NCBI GenBank assembly: GCA_903893485.1
Contig: CAITMK010000012.1
Location: 18,708 to 82,707 of the forward strand
Source: Candidatus Magasanikiibacteriota bacterium
GTDB taxonomy: Bacteria; Patescibacteriota; Patescibacteriia; Magasanikbacterales; 2-02-FULL-50-9b
Direction: 5' to 3'
DNA length: 64,000 nt
How positions within the stretch are numbered: position 1 is the first letter of the stretch; each line of letters opens with the position of its first letter. The notes beneath the pieces were generated by a model, which saw only the letters and a list, made by a program, of their open reading frames with translations, was not told the DNA's origin and ran no database searches. Shown piece by piece: positions 57,274 through 64,000 of this stretch. The position numbers were made by a program, and so were the translations under genes.

Positions 57274-58179
57274 ATGCAGAATTTGTCTTTTAAAAAACAA
57301 GGACGCCAATATCATATTTTTTTGAATGATACCGAAATTGCGGTTGCACCAGAATTTGTATTTCCAGATTCAGAAGCAGCTGACCCCACAATTGAATTGC
57401 AATCAAATCAAGAAGGTTTTGTTGTGGGCAATGAGGCGATTTACCTAATTGAGCCAAAAGCAACGGTGACGTTTTTGTACAATGGCGTTCCCGCAGCGCA
57501 CATGCCGCTTTCGCAGTTTATGATGCCGGGAAATTATACGTTTTCAGATGCGGGGCATCATTCTGCCGCGATTGAAAAAGGTTTTGATAAATTATTGGAT
57601 CGAATGTATGCGCTCGCGGAGCGCGCCGGCGCAGATCCTTCGGTGGTTGAACTTTTTGATGCAGAGACGGGGCCGGTTGATTTACAAAACGCTGCCGAAG
57701 AGATCGGGCAGCGAATGTTGGTTGCTGAAAAAGATGAAGCGCTGAAAAATAAAATTACGCAGGCTTTTGCAAAATTAGGTAAAATTAAATTTTTGCCAAA
57801 ATCGTTAGGCATGGATCAAACGCAGGACAATCGTGAAATTATAAATCGCTATGCTGAGACGTTTAAAATATTTCGAGAAATAAAAGAAGATTCTGCTGCA
57901 GAAGCGGTAAAAGCATATCCACATAAAAATGAACTGTACGTTATTTTTGAACGCGCGCCAGAACTGCTGGAAACGCATGTGCGTGTAGCTGTCGCCGAAA
58001 ATTACAAAGAGTATCGACACCAAGAAGAATTGCTTACAGGAATTGATTTGGCAGCACTTAAAGAAATTAGAGCGGATCAAAAGGGAATGGCCACCGCAGA
58101 AAAAACGGAATTACTTAGGGGTGCAACGGAGCCTCAGAAGGTGAATGAAATTGAGGCGTCCCTTGGTTCAAGAAAGTGA
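57274..58179 (+). CDS. hypothetical protein (301 aa)
   Basis: TGgTATACT box 14 nt upstream; divergent from cca. Confidence 0.45.
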   Translation: MQNLSFKKQGRQYHIFLNDTEIAVAPEFVFPDSEAADPTIELQSNQEGFVVGNEAIYLIEPKATVTFLYNGVPAAHMPLSQFMMPGNYTFSDAGHHSAAIEKGFDKLLDRMYALAERAGADPSVVELFDAETGPVDLQNAAEEIGQRMLVAEKDEALKNKITQAFAKLGKIKFLPKSLGMDQTQDNREIINRYAETFKIFREIKEDSAAEAVKAYPHKNELYVIFERAPELLETHVRVAVAENYKEYRHQEELLTGIDLAALKEIRADQKGMATAEKTELLRGATEPQKVNEIEASLGSRK

Positions 58180-58336
58180 TCTTGAAGGTTTGAGGGGTAA
58201 CGTGGTAAAGTGCAGGCGTTCAAAAACGTATTCTCTTCGGGCCGTAGATACTTCGCGCACGTTGTGCGCTCGTCGCTACTGGCCCTCCAGTCGAAGACAA
58301 CTTCAAATGCACGCATTTGAATTGTCGTCTCCTTAC

Positions 58337-58410
58337 GGGCCAGTAGCTCAGTTGGTGAGAGCACGGTGCTTATAACGCCGGGGTCCTGGGTTCGAGTCCC
58401 AGCTGGCCTA
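58337..58410 (+). tRNA. tRNA-Ile (anticodon UAU)
   Basis: Acceptor GGGCCAG/CTGGCCT (G1·U72), D-arm GCTCAGTTGGTGAGAGC, anticodon stem CGGTG/CGCCG with loop CTTATAA, T-arm CTGGGTTCGAGTCCCAG. CCA not encoded. Confidence 0.7.
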
Positions 58411-58412
58411 TA

Positions 58413-58446
58413 TAAAAATACCACCCATTTGGGTGGTATTTTTATA
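58413..58446. terminator. bidirectional terminator aaaataccaccc-attt-gggtggtatttt
   Basis: Perfect 8-bp stem flanked by A- and T-runs. Confidence 0.8.
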
Positions 58447-58514
58447 TTTGTTTAAGGCTGGGATTCGAAGGGTTGTCGCGCCTCCGCGCGAAGCGAATCC
58501 CAGCAACCACAAAA

Positions 58515-59186
58515 TTATTTAACCCCTCTAACTACAAACGATTGCAACAGCTGCTCAAACATCATTTGGGTTGCCGTATCATCGGATCCAGAATAATTTT
58601 CTGTAATCAGAATCGCGTGATCTTTATTTGGAGTGATATAAACGCTCACACGTGCGCCATAGATATCATCTGTATTGTATCGAATACCAGGGGCCGCTAC
58701 ATCGAGATTGGATTTTATCGTTGGCGCCACTTCAGATTTACCCGTCATTAAATTGTACGATGAAATATCTGAATTTTTTTGGGCCCATGTAAGTGCATCG
58801 TACGCATCCGGATTGCCATATACGGTAAACGTTATAAATGGCGGAGGAGTTTCACCTTCAAAAACGCCAAGCAGTGTTTCGTATGTTTTTTCTGGATATA
58901 CAGTCATGCCGGTTTCGTAATGATTCTTTTTGTAGTTTTCGTCAAAGGATTGCGCAGCTGCAACAAGTCCTTGCGGCATTAAAAAATATCCGGAAAGCCC
59001 CAAACCAATTTTAGTAGGCTGCGGCGCTGGCACCGGTGCAATATTTGAAGGCCCTGGCTGTACAATAGTTGAAGGTGGTACCGCAACAGGCTCGGCAACT
59101 GGTCGAACGGGTTGAGCTAAATCTGGCGCACACCCAGCACCCGCAAGTATTAATACCAGAGGAATCGCAAAATAGGAAAGTTTCAT
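58515..59186 (-). CDS. hypothetical lipoprotein (223 aa)
   Basis: Signal plus lipobox LILAGAGC, then a Pro-rich linker. Confidence 0.5.
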   Translation of the reverse strand: MKLSYFAIPLVLILAGAGCAPDLAQPVRPVAEPVAVPPSTIVQPGPSNIAPVPAPQPTKIGLGLSGYFLMPQGLVAAAQSFDENYKKNHYETGMTVYPEKTYETLLGVFEGETPPPFITFTVYGNPDAYDALTWAQKNSDISSYNLMTGKSEVAPTIKSNLDVAAPGIRYNTDDIYGARVSVYITPNKDHAILITENYSGSDDTATQMMFEQLLQSFVVRGVK

Positions 59187-59266
59187 AGATTTTTTTAAGG
59201 AATTTATAGTATAGCATCGCGGGTTGCATCATCCAACAAAAAAAGCTAGAATACATTCATATTTGT

Positions 59267-60283
59267 ATGAAAGAAATCCTTGAAGACCTTCTTACCCGCG
59301 CTACCGCAGCAGTCGCTGCGACCACAACATTAGACGAACTTGAAGCGGTTGATACCGCATTTTTAGGTCGCAAACAAGGCGAGCTCACGAATATTTTGCG
59401 TGGGGTGAAGGATTTGTCCGTCGAGGAAAAACGCATAGCTGGTAGCCGCGCAAATGAAATTAAAATCGAGTTGGAAACTGCGCTCGCGGCACGTCGCGAA
59501 TTATTGCAGGAGCAATCCGAGGACACAACATTTGATATTTCAGAACCAGTTTTACCACGTGCATCGCATGGCACGCTTCATCCGATTACACAGATTTCAG
59601 AAATTTTGGAAAAGTTTTTTGCCGGCCTTGGATTCACGACATTGTCAGGTCCAGAACTTGAACATGATTATTTTAATTTTGAAGCGCTGCACATTGCGCC
59701 AGATCATCCAGCGCGCGACATGCAAGATACATTTTATATTAAGGATCATCCAGAGTGGCTCATGCGTACACACACGTCATCCATGCAGGTGCGTGCGCTT
59801 CGCGAATATGGTGCGCCGCTCGCTGCAATAATGCCAGGCCGCTGCTATCGCAACGAAGCAACGGATGTTCGCCACGAACACACCTTTCATCAGATGGATG
59901 GTTTTATGGTGGGTCCAAAAATTTCTTTTGCCGAACTTAAAGGCGTATTACTTGCTCTTGCGCAACATCTGTACGGTCCTGATACCGAAGTTCGTCTTCG
60001 CCCAAAGTTTTATCCATTCGTTGAGCCTGGTGTGAACGGCGAGGTGACGTGCGTATTTTGTAAAGGCAAGGGCTGCAAACTCTGCAAGCACACTGGTTTT
60101 TTGGAAGTCTTTGGTGCAGGCATGATCCATCCAGAAGTTTTGCGCGCTGCAAATTTAAATCCCGAAGAATTTTCTGGTTTTGCATTTGGGCTTGGTCTTA
60201 CACGGCTCGCGATGCTTAAATACGGGGTGAGCGATGTGCGCCTTCTGCAAAATTCCAGCGTAAATTTCCTTGAACAATTTTGA
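59267..60283 (+). CDS. pheS: phenylalanine--tRNA ligase alpha subunit
   Basis: FNFEALHIAPDHPARDMQDTFY and class II motifs 2/3. Confidence 0.9.
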   Translation: MKEILEDLLTRATAAVAATTTLDELEAVDTAFLGRKQGELTNILRGVKDLSVEEKRIAGSRANEIKIELETALAARRELLQEQSEDTTFDISEPVLPRASHGTLHPITQISEILEKFFAGLGFTTLSGPELEHDYFNFEALHIAPDHPARDMQDTFYIKDHPEWLMRTHTSSMQVRALREYGAPLAAIMPGRCYRNEATDVRHEHTFHQMDGFMVGPKISFAELKGVLLALAQHLYGPDTEVRLRPKFYPFVEPGVNGEVTCVFCKGKGCKLCKHTGFLEVFGAGMIHPEVLRAANLNPEEFSGFAFGLGLTRLAMLKYGVSDVRLLQNSSVNFLEQF

Positions 60284-60284
60284 T

Positions 60285-62735
60285 ATGTTAATTTCCAAAG
60301 AATGGCTTTCTGAATACGTCGCATTGCCCGCCGAAATTTCCGCGGCAGAATTAGCATTTCGATTTTCTTTGGCCACTGCCGAAATCGAAGGTGTGGTTGA
60401 TGCGGGTGCTGCATTTGAAAATATTGTTGTCGGCGTTATCGAATCCGTTGGCCCGCATCCAGGCGCTGATAAATTACGCATTTGCAAAGTTGATGTTGGC
60501 ATGGATACGCCGGTACAAATTGTATGCGGCGGATCAAATTTGGTGCCGGAACAAAAAGTTGTTGTCGCGCTTCCGGGCGCACGCGTGCGCTGGCACGGGG
60601 AAGGTAATTTAGTCACACTCGAAAAAACAAAAATTCGCGGCGAGGAAAGTATCGGTATGATTTGTGGCGCAGATGAAGTCGGTCTCTCGTCAGAATTTCC
60701 ATCCAGCGGCGAAAAAGAAATTGTCGATTGTTCATCATGGAACGTGCCAGCGGGTACGCCACTTGCCGAAGCGCTTGGCCGCACCGGTGTGGTTTTTGAA
60801 ATCGATAATAAATCACTTTCAAACCGCCCAGATTTATGGGGCCATATTGGTGTTGCGCGCGAATTTGCTGCACTGCTTAAAACCTTTACCATGTTACCGC
60901 AGCCTCCAGTACTTGCGGCGGGCGATTCAATTTATTTAGACGTGACTGTTGCAGATTCGGTGCGCGTACCACGATATACCGCAGCGGTAGTAACCGGTGT
61001 TGCCGCGCTTCCGGCAGCAGATTTTATTCAAAAACGTTTGACCGCTTGTGGCGTCGCCTGCGTGAATGCTATTGTTGATACACTGAATTACGTCATGCTC
61101 GAAACCGGTCAACCTATGCACGCATTTGATTACGACAACGTAAAAAATGCGGATGGATCAGTAACGCTCGAGGTTCGCCCGCATGGCAGCGACGGAAAAT
61201 TCACGACATTTGCAGGCACACAAATTGCGCCGGCAGCAGATGCGCTCATGATTACAAATCCTGCGGGGCCGCTTGTGGTTGCGGGTATTATTGGTGGCGC
61301 CGCATCGGGCGTGAATGCACAAACGCACACCGTTGTTTTGGAATCCGCTGTTTTTAATGCGCAGCAAATTCGTCGCACTTCAAATGCGCTTGGTATTCGT
61401 ACCGAAAGTTCAACGCGTTTTGAAAAGGGATTAGATCCAGCAGGCGCATCATTTGCATTGGCACGCGCCATTGAATTACTCCAAAAACAATTTCCAAATT
61501 TGCAGGTCGCAAGTAATTTAGTTGATTTGCAAACAACGGCTGCTCACGAACGTGTACTCAGTGTTTCAGAAGAGTATATTCACAACATGCTTGGTATTTC
61601 ATTACCAACAGAAGTCGTGCTGCACATTTTAAATAGTTTAGGTTTTGGTGTGGCACACGAAGGCACGGCATATATTATTACCGTGCCAAGTTTCCGTGCG
61701 AAAGATATTGTGGGGCCTGAAGATATTGTAGAGGAATTGGTGCGCCTCTATGGTTATGAGCATATTCCGGCTCGCTTGCCGCATATCACGGGTCGCGTAA
61801 TCGAACCAAATGGCGCGGATATTTTGGGCAAAAAAATAAAATTGCATACCGCACTTGCATCGCGTTTTCACGAAATAAATTGTTACGCATTTATTCGCGG
61901 TGAGTCTGCAGCGGCGCTTGGTTTGCAGTCAGAAAATTTATTGCAGCTTGCAAATCCACTTTCAACCGAACGTCCATTTATTACGCCAATGTTGAAAATT
62001 AATTTAATGGAATCAGCGAGCGCCGCGGAGCACACGCGCGATACCGTTGCACTGTTTGAAATCGCACGCGTATTTGCGCCACACACGGCCGCGCCATTTA
62101 TTGGCGGCGAAGTTGCAAAATCGATTCCGATGCAGCCACTGCACGCGGGATTTATTTTTGCTGATCGCGCGCAGAAAAATTCTTTCGGCGTTTTGCGCGA
62201 TGTAATTTTTGCAGCCGCGCACAGTGCTGGCTATACACTTACGCTGCGCACACCGGACGCACCATATAACTGGCACAAAAAACAGGTAAGCGCGAATATT
62301 TTTTGTGGTACCCAGCATGTTGGATCCATTGGTGCTGCAAATAGCCGCACGGCGCGCGCTTTTGGATTCGTCTACGAAACAATTGTTGCTGAAATTGATT
62401 TGGAATTATTAGCGGCATGTCCTGCTACGCCACGCGTTTTGGCCGAAGTAAATAATTTCCCCATGTCAGTTCGTGATATTGCATGTGTCGTAGATGAAAA
62501 AATAAAATATGAACAACTTGCCGCAGCTGCACGCACTGCCGCGCCAGAAGTTGTATTAGTTGAAGCAGTAGATTTATATCGCAGCGCTACAACGGTTGGT
62601 GAAAATAAAAAAAGTATCGCCATTCGCGTGGGATACCAAAGTGAAACGCACACACTTACGAGTGAAGAAATCGAAACCGCTCATGCAAAAGTTTTGGGAG
62701 CGCTGCAAACAAATGTTCAGGCGCAGATTCGATAA
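60285..62735 (+). CDS. pheT: phenylalanine--tRNA ligase beta subunit
   Basis: MLISKEWLSEY N-terminus, tRNA-binding, B3/4 and B5 domains. An alternative ATG at 60270 overlaps pheS. Confidence 0.9.
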   Translation: MLISKEWLSEYVALPAEISAAELAFRFSLATAEIEGVVDAGAAFENIVVGVIESVGPHPGADKLRICKVDVGMDTPVQIVCGGSNLVPEQKVVVALPGARVRWHGEGNLVTLEKTKIRGEESIGMICGADEVGLSSEFPSSGEKEIVDCSSWNVPAGTPLAEALGRTGVVFEIDNKSLSNRPDLWGHIGVAREFAALLKTFTMLPQPPVLAAGDSIYLDVTVADSVRVPRYTAAVVTGVAALPAADFIQKRLTACGVACVNAIVDTLNYVMLETGQPMHAFDYDNVKNADGSVTLEVRPHGSDGKFTTFAGTQIAPAADALMITNPAGPLVVAGIIGGAASGVNAQTHTVVLESAVFNAQQIRRTSNALGIRTESSTRFEKGLDPAGASFALARAIELLQKQFPNLQVASNLVDLQTTAAHERVLSVSEEYIHNMLGISLPTEVVLHILNSLGFGVAHEGTAYIITVPSFRAKDIVGPEDIVEELVRLYGYEHIPARLPHITGRVIEPNGADILGKKIKLHTALASRFHEINCYAFIRGESAAALGLQSENLLQLANPLSTERPFITPMLKINLMESASAAEHTRDTVALFEIARVFAPHTAAPFIGGEVAKSIPMQPLHAGFIFADRAQKNSFGVLRDVIFAAAHSAGYTLTLRTPDAPYNWHKKQVSANIFCGTQHVGSIGAANSRTARAFGFVYETIVAEIDLELLAACPATPRVLAEVNNFPMSVRDIACVVDEKIKYEQLAAAARTAAPEVVLVEAVDLYRSATTVGENKKSIAIRVGYQSETHTLTSEEIETAHAKVLGALQTNVQAQIR

Positions 62736-63878
62736 TTATCCGCGCATTCTTGCACGCAAAACATTTGTAACTTTTTGTACCGCGTCGCCAAGTGAATAGC
62801 CGGGCATTGGAGAAACCATGCGGCTCGCGCTGCCACTGCCACCTGAAAAACCAGATGAAAGCCCTGCTGCATTGTAGGGCTTTTGAGTATCAATCAAAAC
62901 ACGCACCTCATGTGGCGCAACAGGCGATTCATAAACCAACGCAAAAACTTTGGCATGAGGCGCAGTAGAAATTAATTCTTCAACCAGCGCATCCATCGCG
63001 TGCTCACCGGCGCCGGCGCGCGCAAAATCTTCACGTGTCAAAGTACTCCACAGTAAAGGCTGTTGTGGGTCGGATTGTAAATTCGTGAGCGCGGCACCCC
63101 ATAATTTTAATGTTGCAACGCTGCGCTGACGATATAGTGCATGTACAATTTTTTCACGATCAGCGCCGGAGCCAATAAGCGCGCTTGCAGTTTGTAAAGT
63201 CCGCGCATTTACATTTGCTGTTTTAAAACTTTGTGTTGCCGCGATCATGCCGGTTAAAAGTAAATTTGCAATTGGGCCGGTCATAGTTGCGCCCGCTTCG
63301 GTCAAAAAATCATTAACCACTTCACATACACTGGTGGCGGTGATGCGCACATAATTTACATGCCCAAAAAATTCATGGGCCGGATCAGAGTTGATTGCTA
63401 AAATTGGCGCAGTATTAAAAAGTGCCGTGTTGCCCATGTACACACTACCAAGCGATGCCAAATCCGGTGCGCCAACTGCAATAATTGCATCATAGCGGAA
63501 TGCCGACGAAATGGTAGTAAGACCAGCCGGATCAATCACCCCATGCTGCGGCGTTACATATACGGTGAGCTGGCCGTTGTGATATTCGTGGCGCACGTGG
63601 CCTAAATTTTCCTCGCCAAGGGGCAGGGAAATCATGAATTCGTGCAAATTGCCGATTGCGCCTTTGACACTGGCGATTTCAGGCAAAAAGCTAAGATTCT
63701 CTGGGGCACTAAAGCTGGTGCTGACCACATCTACCGTTTTGCCCAGTTGCTTAATGTAGGCACCAACCGCCAAAGCAGCAGAAATCTGGTCAACCGTGGG
63801 ATTTTTTCGGGTCACCACAAGCACCGCATGGGCGGCGTCGATTTGCTGCTTTAATTGCTCGTGGGGCAGAAGGGCCAT
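62736..63878 (-). CDS. DHH/DHHA1-like (NrnA-like) protein with degenerate catalytic motifs
   Basis: Overall NrnA-like length and a C-terminal Gly-rich GFSGGSGS segment, but no clear DHH or DxD motifs. Confidence 0.3.
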   Translation of the reverse strand: MALLPHEQLKQQIDAAHAVLVVTRKNPTVDQISAALAVGAYIKQLGKTVDVVSTSFSAPENLSFLPEIASVKGAIGNLHEFMISLPLGEENLGHVRHEYHNGQLTVYVTPQHGVIDPAGLTTISSAFRYDAIIAVGAPDLASLGSVYMGNTALFNTAPILAINSDPAHEFFGHVNYVRITATSVCEVVNDFLTEAGATMTGPIANLLLTGMIAATQSFKTANVNARTLQTASALIGSGADREKIVHALYRQRSVATLKLWGAALTNLQSDPQQPLLWSTLTREDFARAGAGEHAMDALVEELISTAPHAKVFALVYESPVAPHEVRVLIDTQKPYNAAGLSSGFSGGSGSASRMVSPMPGYSLGDAVQKVTNVLRARMRG

Positions 63879-63926
63879 AATTTGGGTGATAGAGCATCTT
63901 ACCGAAATCGCTTAGATTGGTCAAGG

Positions 63927-63958
63927 GATTGACAAAATGAGCAAAAATCGATACAGTT
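63927..63958 (+). promoter_or_regulatory. promoter gggaTTGACAAAA-17-TACAGT followed by GGGAGG Shine-Dalgarno at 63984-63989; gene body lies beyond the window
   Basis: Same TTGACAAAA -35 context as cassettes C and E. GC rises toward the window edge. Confidence 0.4.
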
Positions 63959-64000
63959 CCGGCCGTCAGAGCAGTTAACTCGGGAGGCGAGCTGCAAAAA

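Noticed and set aside
58455-58503. tRNA-like GGGATTCGAAGGG element
   Set aside because: It is a perfect 11-bp inverted repeat (gctgggattcg...cgaatcccagc) with an inner hairpin and cannot form a cloverleaf with acceptor or anticodon arms. Probably a terminator or structural element downstream of the lipoprotein gene.
1-64000. CRISPR arrays, rRNA genes, transposases or integrases, prophage structural genes
   Set aside because: No regularly spaced direct repeats, no rRNA-like conserved blocks, and no DDE, tyrosine or serine recombinase motifs were seen in any frame.

Overview
The window is a ~42% GC, gene-dense chromosome segment with a Patescibacteria/CPR-like gene set: small genes, many secreted or membrane hypotheticals, a split transketolase, and apparently leaderless mRNAs. 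Recognisable housekeeping genes include the rpoC 3' end, yebC, ruvC, murI, lexA, a pentose-phosphate operon (rpiB-rpe-trxB-tkt), fba, pepA, ruvA, a GT1/WbaP polysaccharide locus, trpS, RNase J, secG, uvrA, gmk, rplS, cca and pheST. Three tRNAs (Arg-CCG, Leu-CAG, Ile-UAU) and RNase P RNA were found by eye. There is no CRISPR array, no rRNA, and no obvious transposase. Native genes mostly sit 7-20 nt behind an extended -10 'TGnTATACTG' box with no Shine-Dalgarno. Embedded in intergenic gaps are at least seven ~55-65% GC single-gene cassettes (plus one starting at the 3' edge). Each has a canonical TTGACA(AAA)-17-(-10) promoter, a strong GGAGG Shine-Dalgarno and its own terminator, and each encodes a protein with no recognisable family. 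A ~480 nt non-coding transcript unit between fba and tkt uses the same promoter type. These compositionally foreign cassettes, especially the tandem pair at 36.4-38.3 kb, are the most unusual content. Other points of interest are a DsbA-like protein next to an 870-aa Cys-rich envelope protein, a lexA-helicase-nuclease SOS cluster, an RNase J with a long structured leader and R/G/P-rich N-terminus, and repeated identical terminators bracketing genes. All coordinates and calls come from manual reading of the sequence and ORF track; no database searches were run.
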